Assembly: GCF_006345805.1 (NCBI RefSeq)
Contig: NW_021831287.1
Coordinates: 124,001 to 188,000 of the forward strand
Source: Octopus sinensis
Lineage: Eukaryota
DNA length: 64,000 bases
Direction of reading: 5' to 3'
Shown here: positions 35,200 to 48,360 of the stretch, piece by piece
Layout: each line of letters begins with the position of its first letter
Numbering within the stretch: position 1 is the first letter of the stretch
Notes under the pieces: generated by a model
Seen by the model: the letters and a program-made list of their open reading frames with translations, nothing else
What the model was told of the DNA's origin: nothing
The model's database searches: none
Made by a program: the position numbers and the translations under genes

Positions 35200-36725
35200 G
35201 CCACAGACTTGAGGGTCAGTCCGACAAAGACGCTTGCGAATCGAGAGGTAGTTCTTCCCCCTCTGGTCATTGGTCTTTGATGCGATTTTTTCGCCAACCA
35301 GCCGTAACAACTTATCGGCCTCTTTACCGACCAGGCCTGTGGTTTCGAAGGCGAGGGCCACGAACTCATAGGCCTCTGAAAGCTGAGCGTATTTCAATAT
35401 TTTCTTTTCCTCAGCAAGTGCGCAAACATAGCCTGGCGAATAAGCCGTTCTGGACAACAATGTCTCCAACAGGGAATCACACAAATCAAGTCCTAAACAA
35501 GAGACTTACCTCCCTTGAATGGGATTGTAGTCATCTCATCGAGACGTTTTCCATCACCCTGAAAGAGACCAACCGGTTGCAGGATAGACGGAAATCCCGC
35601 GGAATCAAAAGTCCTCTTAATCACTCCATTGAGTAGAGCATTGCGCAAAAATCAACCACCACTCCTTAACAAGACAAGACATGTAATCCGTTTGAAGGGA
35701 TCATAAAATCACATCAGCGGTTGGCATATATCAAGTCAAAGTCAAATACACACTCCGATTCGAACAACCTCGTTCTCCAAAAGTACACCGTTGGATGCCA
35801 ACAAAAGAGCGTTTAACCAATCTCCCGATTAGGGCTGGCAGGTGCAGTTCAAAAAAGCTAGTTGCATCTGATCGGCTTGCGAGCAAAGGCTTTTCAAGAG
35901 GTGTGAACAGTAACAGGGTATTTTGTAAACTCGCCGAGTTTGGGTGAGTTTATAAAAAGAGAGCGAACGACATTTCCAGAAGCGGACAATGAAGAGAGAT
36001 AGCAAGGCAAGATCTGCACAAGAACGAACCCCGATACCCCCAAAGCGGAGTGGGAGCGCAGCAGGAGAATATCCCACTATAGTAAACAAAGTGTTCAGAA
36101 GGAATTGTAGCGACAACGCAACAGCGTCATAAGCCAGAAGTTCTTGATGTAAACGATAACAATGAGATATGCGAAGCAAATAGGTCAGGCGAAAGATATA
36201 AAGTTTTTGAGTAAGAATAGCCCCAAATGAAACTCGAAATGTCGGATTCGGGTGCACAGAATCAAAATCTTTTTTGTTGCGAGGCAATAGTCTTCGCAAC
36301 ATGTTCATCACAAATCGGGGAACCAAGAATCACAAGATCTCCAAAAGCAGTTAAACAGAAATCATCAATTCTCTCCGAAAGGACCATGGAGGCATTATTT
36401 CGGTGTTTTTGGTGGAAAGTCAAATTACTTCACATTTATCTTCGTTTAATGAAGCCCAATTTTCGCAAATTCGGATTTTTCACCCTGTTGGATTCCACAT
36501 TCCTACCTAATGACTTTCCCGGAAAACAGCAAGTTGCTTGGAATAGAATATGCAAGAGAAACTATTGGAAATAACTCGGGACAGAGTTGGGACACTGCCT
36601 CGAGCATGTGATCCCTCCTGACGCTATTGAAAGCATTCTTAATATCAAGTTTGAAAAGAAAGGGAACATTCTTTGGCTTGGAAAACGACAATTGGCGGGT
36701 AGCGTTGGCTAGTGCTTCGCAAGCC
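35200..36725 (-). mobile_element. CRE-clade retrotransposon, 5'-truncated (RT to endonuclease), decayed
   Basis: KLDIKNAFNSVRRDHMLEAV...YSIPSNLLF, LPLRFGGIGVRS, AEEKKILKY and ALAFETTG. Confidence 0.85.
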
Positions 36726-37054
36726 CCTTTAATTGAATAAATAATGAAAAAACCATTGGATGCAATTCTCTTTGATTGTTTAGATGATCCCAACGTTGAT
36801 GCTGTTGAATCCTCCAAAAATAACTCAGGGGTTTCTGTGTTTCATACAGAACATTAATTTATTTTCGGCAATACTGGAAGAATGTTGATCGCCTAGCAAC
36901 GAGGTTTGGTCGAATGCTAAATAGTGACTACTCAAGAAGTGTATATATTTATGCAGGAAGTATGCATATAACATTAATTAGAAATAAGAAGGGGAACAAG
37001 GAAATATCAGAATGAATAATCAAGTTAGTTAATTAGTAATATCCGAATTTTTAA

Positions 37055-37856
37055 TTATGCACAATCCCTTCTGCATAGCATATTTCTTGATGCTGGATAG
37101 CGACAGAGGTTGCAATCTATTGTGAGTGAACTAACCCACCATATGCATTCCCGGTTCTTAGTCTTGCTCCGCTTCCTGAATCCGCATTTATTCTCAAATT
37201 TTTGTCAGTTAATAATATAGTCATCGGATGATTGAAATTCGTAATCCTTATATGAGAATATTTAAGTGTACGTTGTGGGTTGAGATCCATTGGTAAAAAT
37301 GCACATTTTCTGGCGCGCATACATACTATACAGTGAGTAACTTAAAATACATAAGGGTTAGCGGACGACTAATTTTTGGCGACTGAAAAATGGCATCTGA
37401 GGGCATTACACTGTAATATTAGTATGCGATTTTTACAAAAATTGTAAACTGATGACATTTGCAAAGGCATCTACATCCAGGTAACGAAGTCTATAACACG
37501 AAAACAGATCTCTAATGATTCAAAATATTTAAATGTACATATAGGATAAGCGATCCAATTTATCAAATGAGTTGTTTAGTATTTTCGTTAACGAGACTCC
37601 ATTACAGATACTGGTATTAATAAAATGATGATTACAATTCCTCCAAGTTGGTTAAATTAGAGAATATTTCTCCATTGGGAAAAGTAATGTCGTTCTCAAT
37701 AATAATAGATTTTGAATGTTCGGCAACATTATCTGCATTGAATTCACAATTGTTCAAAGATCTAATTTTAATTGAGCAATTCTTTAAAAACCTTTGTGTT
37801 AAATCACAGTCACTTTGAATCCCAAAGTGAACAAAAAGCAGCACAAGTGGAAACAT
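37055..37856 (-). CDS. Secreted LRR protein, copy 2
   Basis: Same 802-nt span and splice sites as copy 1, with an open spliced frame. Confidence 0.7.
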
Positions 37857-38227
37857 TATAATTAAGCGTCAAATTTTATTGTCAATAACTCATTGGTTAG
37901 ACATTGAATTAATACATTTATTAAACTGTATTTGTTAATATATATTACTTTGCCCTTAATTTTCATGGAGATGAAATGGCGGTAGACTGCTACATTTTTG
38001 GTATGATTCTTGAATCTGTTTCATATTTACTGACTTGTTTGTGAATCCGTCGTCTACCACACACATCAGAAGTCTCACAAATAAACAAACATTTTCTCTC
38101 TTGGTGTCTCATTTACAGTCTTCATGGCAGATTCCACATATTTGCACGTCTGCTCGCCCTATTATTGAACTCTTTGGAGTTGATTAGATTTATTATTATA
38201 ACACATTCCGTAAAAACATAAACAAAG

Positions 38228-38809
38228 TTATAATCCCACACGTGTCACAAGCGAAACAATCTTCTGGACCATCCTCGTCCATGCCCCTCTGTTCCGGGCG
38301 AGATCCCGCAAAGATTCTAGGTCGTCCCAGTTTTTGAAACTTTTGCCATGAAGTTTGAGACCCCTCTCCAGAACTGCCGGAAGAGTGGATCTAGGTCTTC
38401 CACGATATTTGTCTTCATGTTCGGAGAAATAATCGTCCATTGCCCGATTTGCCGGAGCTCTGGGGTCCATTCGCAAAATGTGGCCAAATAATTTCCACCG
38501 GCCTCCAACAATTTCTTGAGACAACGGCGTAGCATGGTAATGTTTATACAGAAATAGATTGTTAATTTTTGATGGCCAGTGTATTCCGTGTAAGAGACGT
38601 AGTTGTTTACGGTGAAAAGAGTCTATAGTCTTCAGTTCAGTGTCCGAGATCCCCCATGTTGACGAGTTGTATAGTAGAACAGGCTTTACGAATGCATTAT
38701 AAAGCCTGCTTGCTACCGCGGCTACGTAAAAATGGCTCCAAGCTTGGCCGATAAATCGGGCTCTCAGATCATAAGATTTATAATTTTTTCTATTTATAAA
38801 AAATTTCAT
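38228..38809 (-). mobile_element. RTE-like LINE 3' fragment
   Basis: RLYNAFVKPVLLYNSSTW, FHRKQLR, RWKLFGHILRM, GRPRSTL and ARNRGAW. Confidence 0.8.
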
Positions 38810-38899
38810 TACAATTTTTGCGTGTGAATAAAAAATCGGTTTGCTTAATTGAGTGATATTTTATTTGTTGAATTTTGAGTTTTATAAGCAAATGTTAAA

Positions 38900-39660
38900 T
38901 GCAATAATTAAAGGAAAAATCCTTGCTTTTTTAGTTAAATTGAACGATAAAAGATATCGCAAAACATCTCAATACTCCAATATCGACAATCGGAGATTTT
39001 CTTCTAAAATTCACAAAATATAGAACTGCTGATAGGATTCCTGGTTCCGGACGTCCTAAAAAGCTTTAGAAAACAGACATTGAAATTCTATTACACCTTA
39101 TTGAGTGCGATCCAAAAAAACTTCCAACACGTTGAGGAATGAAATAAAACATTTAACTGGTAAGAGTGTCTGCAGAAAGACAATTGGAACTTATTTAAAT
39201 TCATATTTTCTCTTTGGAAGAGTATGTCAACGCAAACCGTTGCTTTCGAAGAAAAACATAATAAAAAGATATGAATTGTCAAAAATGGTGAAGGTAGTGT
39301 TATGGTATCTCATATCAAGGAGTGGGCAATCTAGTTTTTGCTAGTGGAACACTCAATTCCGCTAAATAGATAAATGTAATAACGTATAATTTGTTTGGTT
39401 CGGCGCGATAAATGGGACTAAATAAGTTCACTTTCCAACAAGATTTGGCTCCCTGTCATCAATCTGCGTTGACAACCAAGTTTTTTGAAGAAAATAAAGT
39501 TCCAATTCTTGATTAGGCTCCGCAATCTCCAGACATGAACACAATAAAACATGTTTGGAGTATGATGATGCAAAAGTATTCATTAGATCCTGCAAAAAAT
39601 AAACTTGATCTCGAAGTCAAATTAATAAAAATTTGAAACGAATTGCCATCTGAAAATATT
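38900..39660 (+). mobile_element. Tc1 transposase fragment, decayed
   Basis: GSGRPK, QRKPLLSKKN, FQQDLAPCH and APQSPDMN motifs with stops. Confidence 0.7.
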
Positions 39661-39910
39661 CGGGGAAGACACACCAGCCGTGCCCCTACAGAAAATGTGC
39701 GGAAACAAGTCAGGGAAAAATGAGGACCGTCCTTAAAGAAACTGGAATCACCCGATTAGTAATGCAACCTTAAAAATTGGCCTTAGCATTTTCCCTTACG
39801 AATACATAAGTTAATCCACTTGTACATATTCTACAAGTTGGTATCAATGTAATTCATATATAGCTAAAAATTTTAAAAGGAACGACATTTATTAAAACGA
39901 AACAATTAGT

Positions 39911-40444
39911 CTAAGATATGATAGAGGAGGCATTGGTGGAGGTACTAAACGTGAACAAACAACCCGAACTATCTAAATGTGGGAGGCAACACTTTTTTGG
40001 TTCGGTAATATCTCGCCAGACGGTGGATTTTGCTCTCGGTGAGGAGGAGTCTGTATTTGGAATCCTTGTCCGTCCTGTTTTTCTCGAGGTGTTTGCGGAT
40101 GCTGATGGCCTTGCTGATCAGCGAGTACAAGTCCTCGGGACATTTCGGTGCCAAACCATTCTTCTTGAGGATCCTCAACACCTTGTTGGAGGCACACCGA
40201 GATATATTCGGCACTCCGTAGCAGTCTCGTAGTGTTACTCCTCGAGGATGTTTTCCATAATCAAACCTATTTGTGAGGGTTTCTGACCCTTTCTGGCCAG
40301 ACGGCAGATTGTTGTCTCAATCTCCTGAGGAGTCAGACCCACCCATTTTGGACGAGACTTCTGGATTGGCAGAACTGAACGAGATTTTCCCTTCCTACTC
40401 TAATCAATGGTTTCTCCAAACCCTTTTCCATACATACGACCCAT
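39911..40444 (-). CDS. RPS13: 40S ribosomal protein S13, copy 2, intact
   Basis: Same 534-nt span as copy 1; the coding differences I found are synonymous (aag/aaa, cgc/cgt, tct/tca, gaa/gag). Confidence 0.95.
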
Positions 40445-40450
40445 GTTTAA

Positions 40451-40467
40451 CAACAAGATATAACGTG
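40451..40467 (-). promoter_or_regulatory. Candidate RP promoter motif, RPS13 copy 2
   Basis: Reverse complement is cacgttatatcttgttg. Confidence 0.5.
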
Positions 40468-40568
40468 CTTAATATTAATTATTTTTTATTAAAATTATTT
40501 ACTAGTATATATAACCTATTAAAATAACGTTTTCATTTCTAATATTTAAATATATTATTTTAAAATTG

Positions 40569-43499
40569 ATGCAAGGTGGTTCAGAAATAACTGCTAATAA
40601 TCGTCACTCACTAAACTATGAAGAGTTAAATGAGAAATTCCAAAATATCAACACAAAAATCTGCAGTTTAGTAGAAGGCACTTTTTTAATAACTCAAAAA
40701 AACAGATGCGAAGGACTACCTTCCACAAATATTCAAAAATACATTTGAAATTAACGAAAAATTCAAATGTTTACATTTTTAGTGCATTTTATCAGTTTCT
40801 CAGCAAAAAATATGCTCAATTCGCACTAATCTACAGTCATGCAAAAAACTGCTAATTTGCAAAAAAAACGATTTGAAAAAACTGTGGAATGACCACCTCG
40901 AACAGCTCCAAATTGCCAAATACCTCGACAATTTGTACTAAACTCGTATTACCCTCAGGACTACTGTCAAAGCAGCCCCCAGTCTTACACGTAAATATCT
41001 TTCTGAGGGAAAATATATATCCGCCTGTCAAACAGTACTGTCCGCCGGTATTTCTGACTGAGTGTACCCACAGCCCACCTTTTGGATACTGAATTGGCCT
41101 CTCTGACATCACTCAGTACTACTAAGACCGAAATACATTCACTACAACAAGTATATAATAATAATAACACAACATGTATATAATAATACAACAAGTATAT
41201 AGTAATATAATAATAATTGAACAAGTATATAATAATATAATAATACAACCGAAATACATTCACTAAAACAAATATATAGTAATATAATAAGCAACTATAA
41301 GAGACTATATTATAATATAATAATATAAAAAGTATTTGTGTGTTATTATATACTAGGAACTCTACGAGACTATCTTAACTAATATAAATCACAATATCTA
41401 CAATGAATTTATAACTTCCTACGACATTTCTAATATTCTTTTGGAGTCGGAGACTGTCCCTTTGTCAATTCCTTCTCTACTATATGCTATCCACCTGCTT
41501 AAAAGACTACCAGATCTGCTCTTTGTGGGTGACATTTGATTATTTTAAAGGAACTGAGGACACGAATATGCACAAATTTGATATCTACTGCTGTCCGTCT
41601 CAGTCAGGAAGAGCAATCATTTCCCCAATTGCTGAGACGTATTTGTGAGAAATATACATCCGCTGGACTTGCCCACCAATTTGCCAGAGATGTGATCTGT
41701 CATTTAATTGGTGAAGATACTGACATAATAATATATGATATTGCACATGTCTGGGAGAGGATTTCTGCTGCTGTTTGACTTTTTGGTTTATTTTAGCTAC
41801 AAAAAGTGCTTGTGGTGTATTTAAAGGTGGATGCCGACACTTTGACTGGATTTGAGAATACAATAACTGAGGATTCATTCACTGGTGGTCAACCTAATAA
41901 TAAAAGCGCGGTTTTTTTTAATTGGATTAAATCTAGTTGTATGATTCGACTGCTTCGTTTGATTTAGGAGGACTTGAAGCCTTAAAGCCAGTTTGTAAGC
42001 CACAGGCTGGGAATGTGATTGGTTATATCTGTCTATTACTCTTAGTGGCCATTACAATCATAAAGGAGTCCTTCTTAGGGAAGGGCAGTGGAGAATTGGA
42101 CATTTGTGTCTCCATGCTGACAGAGTTCATAGACCAAGTATTCATCAAATCCTTCCAAGATGAACTCTCAGTCCTTATTGTTAAGAACACACGAGGTTAT
42201 TGATTATTTCCACGTGGAATATTTATTATTTAGATTTTGCCGCGCTTTCTGTTGGTGTTGATAAGAGGGTTCAAAGTGAGAAAAATATTCCTGGCTATTT
42301 GCTGCAGGCAGTATGTAATGATTGGTCAATTTAGCACGTTTCTATGGCCTTTCAAGTGATTGACAAAATAGAAGAGTGTAGTTCTCATGTGGAGACACGG
42401 AATGAAATTTTCTTACAACTATTATATACTCTTCTCCTGTTGTTCCAGTCAAACTGTCAATCTTGTATTAAAAGTACGTTTTTTGTGAGTATTTGGCCAG
42501 AATTTGTGAACTGGGAAGGATATAGTGTCGACTCGTCCTGTTCTACCCACGAGAGTGCATTCCATGCAATGAATTGCGATGAGTTGGACTATTTGCTTAA
42601 GATTGGGCACACTGTCAAAATTTTGGATAATCAAATATTGAGATTTTTAGCTTCTTTGTCATATAGTTCGGTAACCACATAATAAACAACAAACTTTATA
42701 ATTTTCGCGCTTAAAATTATTTTATTTTAGAAATGGTTAACCGCAAAAATCCAAGAAACCTTAGACCGAATGAGAGTATTTAATAATTAATTAATCAATT
42801 AGAAATATCTCGATCCTCAAACGGGAAAGTAAATTTTTTACTCATTATAGTAAATTCGAATCACTAATCCAGGAGGAGACGAGATTTTCTGTGGAATGTT
42901 GGGATGCGATTAAATTTGAACTTAAAAAAAGGGCAGCCGTGCATTTGGCAGCTCTTGGGAAACAGGTCTATTTGGGGTTTACTTCAGTCTTCCTACGACT
43001 GCCCATCGGGTGATGTTTCGATTGATTTTAACCTCATAAACATGGAGGAACAGTTGATGACGGTCATCGACGAATTTGATTTGTTATTTAAAGGTGAAGA
43101 ATCTCATCGATCAATGTTGAATGGATTTGATGAAGTGATCGCATTTCTGCTTATGAGGACTTCGACTTATTTGGCGCGAATAAATAAAGATGGGATTCAA
43201 AAAATGATGAGAAATATTTTTTTCCTTCAAAAGTTGTTTGGAAATATTTTTGGTCGTTCTTCTGTGGGATTGGAGAAGTGCAGGGAGTTTTACAGGATGC
43301 TGGAGATGAGTGAGTCGGTTGGTGGTTGTGTGGTGTATTGAAGGACATATTGTCCTCGGTTATGGAACGTGGGGGGCTTTTTCCGTTTTATATGTACAGG
43401 GATGTCTTGGATTTGATGTTGAGGTCTAATCTTGGGCAACAGGATGGACGACAGAGACAGGATTTTTTGAAACGACTTAAATCTATGCTCCCTGATTGA
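40569..43499 (+). CDS. EXOC4: Exocyst complex component 4 (Sec8), many micro-introns
   Basis: N-terminus NLQSCKKLLICKKNDLKKLW; C-terminus INKDGIQKMMRNIFFLQKLFGNI...LEKCREFYRML. Not every internal exon was resolved. Confidence 0.88.
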
Positions 43500-44530
43500 T
43501 TTAATAATAATTTACTAAAGATAACGTTTAAATATTTTTACCGCATCATTCCAGGTCATACCGCAGACCACAATTTAGTGAGAGAATATACAATGCGAAT
43601 ATCAGCTTAAACTGCTCATTATAAAAATATTTGTTTCTAAAGATTGATTACATTGTTCAAAATCTGAGGGAGAGTCTTCTTATTAGAAATTATTATTAGA
43701 AATCTTTGATTATTTGTAGAGTTTGATAGCATTTTTGGTGAATATCAGAATTTTTGTAGTTGGCGGGTTGAGAGACTTTACGGCAGAAAAATAGACCAAT
43801 CAGTTTCTAAACAATTCTGTGATTGATTTTTAAAAGATTGCTTTATTTTTCCATTTTTAGTTTATCACGTTCAAGAATTTGTTATAAATTGATTTTGTGT
43901 AAAAATGGACCGTTTATGACTGTTGAGCAATAAATAGTTTTTGTTAATTTGAAATGTAATGTAGTTCTTTATTGTATTGCAGTAAATAAATGGCCAGAAG
44001 ATAAACCCTGTCAATATTTCCAACTCAATGTCGTTAAAATTACATAAACGTTGATATTACAGTAATTATACTACAAGAAGTCATTAGTTTTATGTTCATT
44101 GAGCAGAGACTTGTCTTAGAAATATTCGAATATTTTATCTAAACCTTATTTTATACAAAATCATTCGTTATACAAGGTTTTGAAGATGTTTGTAAGTTGC
44201 GAACTTTTACGCTGATGGTTAAAAGAATTTAGAAAAAAACTAAACGTAGTATATTTATTTAGAGCAATGCTTATTACTCTTTTTGAATTAACAACATCAT
44301 GTTTATAGTAATATACAAATATGGAATAAACAGAATAGAATAAGCGTCTTCCGAGCCGGTAAAAAATCATTTGTTTTTAACTAGATACCATCACCTAAAA
44401 TTAAAATGTTACATAACTATGAAAAGAATTGAAATAAAGATTGCATCACCAACCTATCTAAGATTAAAACATAAAAAATACAACTAAATGGAAAAAAGAA
44501 CATAAGAAACCCAAACCAAAAATAAGTGAA

Positions 44531-46063
44531 TTAAGAAGCATTCTCGAAAAGAACATCAGCCTTTCCTTATAAATTAAAACAAATCACCACCAGTAGCCTC
44601 CCCGAGTTCCTCCATTTCGTGATCCGACAGTTTATTTCCCCCCATTCTGCATAACACAAGAACACTACCTCGGCTGCAGTTGTCTTATCTGTTCACGATA
44701 TGCCTTCATCTGAGCAAACTTATCCTCCAAATCCTTCACATCAACACCCACAGATCAACCTGAACTCTTCTGATCACAAAATTGAGCATAATCACAGCCG
44801 ACTCAACATTCACTTTTGTCCCGATTATATGCAGTTCATATATTTTGCTTTCCTCAATGAAATGAACAAACATTCTCCGCACGTCCGAACTGTCCACAAT
44901 TTTCTGAAAATGTTCTCCCTTCTCTCCAATCACCCTCGCTTTATATAACTCATCAAACAACTTACGAATCAACACCTTCTCCACCGGAATCACCGTCTCC
45001 ACATACTCCAACATATCCCGAGCTTTCGCAACGGCAGAAGCACTCTACAAATAACACTTCCCAACCAAATTCTTACATTTCCTGCAATCCGAACAGTGGA
45101 AGTGCTATCATCGACAACAACATTGAGAATTCCATCAATGTTACGAGCATTGTCAATATTGAACCCACGTGTGCCAATAACGTGGCACATGAGTGACTTG
45201 TCCACAGTGAACGAATCAAGAATGGTCCCCGGTTTAACATCCTTTATAGTCCCTGACGCTCTACACTGCACTGACACAAGCTCTGAGCTCAATTTCTGCT
45301 CTGTCTTAAAAAACTGGAAATGCATGTCCGCTATATTCACCACACGACTCAAATCGTCTTTATCCGGCGTCTAAAATTCTAAAAACTCAAAAATACAAGC
45401 AAATTTAAAATTCCGTTCTGCTGATCGAAATACATCGACATTGGCTGGGAACAACCCTCTGTCAATTTCTCAATACTCTCTCCACTCATCACACTTTACA
45501 ATAAAATGCGCGGGAAACCTTTCTCTGATTGACGTGGGAACCTTGATGTGGGCATATTGATAACGTGGGGCTCCTTTAACGTCCATCGGAGGACTAGATT
45601 GGTCAAATTGAGAAAATTGACTTTTCACAAACAGAACGGGCTTCTGATTTATCGAATGAAACTTGTTGGCCCACTGACTCACACACGGTAAAAAACCCGC
45701 CACGGATTCGATTAACACGGCACTTTGTCCAGCCAAAAACTCCTGTTTCTGGAATCTCGACGGGGACCAAAAAATCACGTTTATTTTAAACCTCGATTTC
45801 ATCACCGGCTTCGATTTTTTTTAGTTCTCGTGGGGTTGGAGGAACGCGGAGTTGACGGTAGTAATAGGCACCGGATGGATGACTTGGGTTTTAGGAGGAT
45901 TGGGTTACTTGTCGAATTCGACGAGTATTCCTTCCTCGTCGGCTGATTTAGCATAGCCCTAATAGAATTAGTTATTTTTCTGTATAAATAGTACTGTAAT
46001 CCAAATGTTTTGCTTTATGGCCACTTCGACCTGGTACATCGACTTTGATTTCGAAAAGGACAT
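44531..46063 (-). CDS. FMR1: Fragile X family RNA-binding protein (tandem Agenet/Tudor + KH1 + KH2), short C-terminus
   Basis: QVEVAIKQNIWITGYAKSADEEGILVEF, HVIGTRGFNIDNARNIDGI, ARDMLEYVETVIPV, RVIGEKGEHFQKIVDSS and IIGTKVNVESAVIML. Single invertebrate-type orthologue; the 3' end is less certain. Confidence 0.85.
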
Positions 46064-46336
46064 CACAACAAGACAAGATAGCGAATCAGCACGCGATTAT
46101 GTAATTAATATTTATTTATTAATAATTAATAAAAATTATATAAATATTATAATTTTTATATTGTATCATTTTAAAATTAGGTTTATTAAATCTTGTGCTA
46201 TGTGATCTCCCGATTTCTTGGTTCTCTTGCTAATGGTACAAAAAATATGAATTTACTAAGATATTTATATTTGTTTATATTTTTCATTATTTTTTAAAAA
46301 ATTCATACTTTAAATAAAATCTTATTAAATTTAAAA

Positions 46337-48360
46337 ATGGGTGTCGTGGGGTTGTGGAAACTATTACACAAATGTGCTACAGAAATAGATTTAAACTCAC
46401 TAAAAGGACAAATTATATTAGTCGGTATTAAAATATTCAAATATTATAGATACAAGTATATTACTTCATCAGGTTACACGAGGAGTGATTGACCCTAAAT
46501 CTTTCCTGAAAGTAATGTTCTTCAGAATTTGTAAATTACTATTCCATGGAATAAAACCAATATTCGTTTTTGACGGTCCTCCTGTAGTTTTGAAACGACA
46601 AATACTCGTAAATCATTATAATTTAATTCTAGGTCAAAAGACGTCTCGAAAGATCCAAAAATCAACTAAAAGTTCAAAAAATTGAGCAAAAACTCCGTTC
46701 AAATATGTTAAAAGCACATTTTCTCAATATTCCCACAAAAAACAGCTTTTCTCAGCCCGATCCTTTTGATCTGGCACCACTTTCTGCTGAACAAAAGTAA
46801 ATTTTGTCCAAACTAAAATTAGTCTTGTTTTTTCCCGATCTTTCGAATTAAAATCCCGTCAAAAAGCTTAATGTCCGCCAAATCTCGATTTTCTATACAA
46901 GATATTGATTCGGAGGATTTTTTGAGCCTTGAAGAGCAGGTTCAGGCAGATGTTTTGGCATATTTCAAAGAAATGGACAGTTCTACAGCCGATCATGTCA
47001 AACTGTCAAAAATAAACGTAAAATTCCATTTTTGATAACATTTTGTAGAAAGGGGAGGATTTTTCAAAATATCAGATTGAAAAGTTGTGCAAACATCGAA
47101 AAATAAGCGAGCGAATTGAACGTATTGAGAACGAACAGCAGTAGAAGAAGCAAAGGATTATGTAGCCGAGTTTGCTGCCAATTTCAAAGTAAAGCGAATG
47201 AAAATTGCCAATCAAAGTCAAGGGGCGTGTCTTCTTATTAAACCAGTCTCTATTTCCACTCCAAAGACAAATCAGGATGTGTATAAAACAGTGGATATTG
47301 ACTACAATGTGCTGACTAGTAGTAGGGGAATGGATTTATTTGGTGAGGATAGTTTAGAGGACTTTACTCAATTGACTAATCAGTGTGTTGTTAATAATGG
47401 GGGGTCTGAATGTAGTAGTGAGGGAGGGGAGTGTAGTGATGAGGAGTGTTTGGGTGATGTGGTGGTTGAAGAATGTGAGTTGAGTGTGTTTGATTCTGGG
47501 TTTAAAGATATTAAAAACCATCCGAGTTATCAAATTGATATTAAAGAACAAAATAATTCCAAATTTGTTAACAAAGTGATTTTATTTTATGTATTTAGGC
47601 CACTGAGGGGAAAATTGTTGAAAGTGAGGTTTCCAAGGAAAATAAGCAAATTCGCTATGAACTGGCCCGTGCTTCGGCCAGGAGTGAACAAATATCTGAT
47701 TCTCAGTACCTTCAAGTAAAGACACTTCTTGGACTATTTGGAATCCCTTTTGTGACTAGTCCTGGGGAGGCTGAGGCACAATGTGCTTACATTGAGTCAC
47801 TTGGGGAGGCGAGTGGGACTATCACCGACGACAGTGATATTTGGCCATTTGGGGGGAAAGTTGTCATAAGGAACGTGTTTGGTAAAAAGTCTTCCCCACT
47901 GCAGTACACCAGTGAAGAGATTTACAGACAAACAGGTCAAGTCATTCGTTATTATAAATAAGGATTGGGACAGACTGAAATGATACAATTGGCATATTTG
48001 GTGGGCAGTGATTACTCTCTGGGGGTGGGTGGTGTTGGTATAAAACACGCTTTAAAGATCATTGAGGACTATCCTGGGATGGAAGGGTTGGAACGATTTG
48101 CGTATATATATTGGTTTATTTGTAGTGAAAGTGTAAGAGGAGGGAGAACTAGATATACTCTGGTGGACGATTTGTTTCCTGATTATGAAATATATAGGGC
48201 TTATAAGGAGCCGGTTGTTGAAAGGAGGGATTGCTCGTTTAGTTGGGGGAGTGTTGACTTTGATGGATTACGAGCATTTTGTTTGGAGTGTTTTGATTGG
48301 TCAATTCAACAATTTGATAAATCTGTTTTTTCTATCAAAAACAAAATTAACAACAAATAA
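46337..48360 (+). CDS. ERCC5: XPG/Rad2 structure-specific endonuclease
   Basis: MGVVGLWKLL, KLLFHGIKPIFVFDG, SPGEAEAQCA, TITDDSDIWPFGG and LAYLVGSDYSLGVGGVG. Confidence 0.9.

Noticed and set aside
34861-35484. 207-aa ORF as a real gene
   Set aside because: It is a chance read-through from a CRE C-terminus across spacer DNA into the pogo terminal repeat.
36503-36817. ORF MEDSTAST...KLDIKNAFN as a fusion gene
   Set aside because: It is the junction between the LRR-downstream duplicate and a truncated CRE reverse transcriptase; the frame breaks shortly afterwards.
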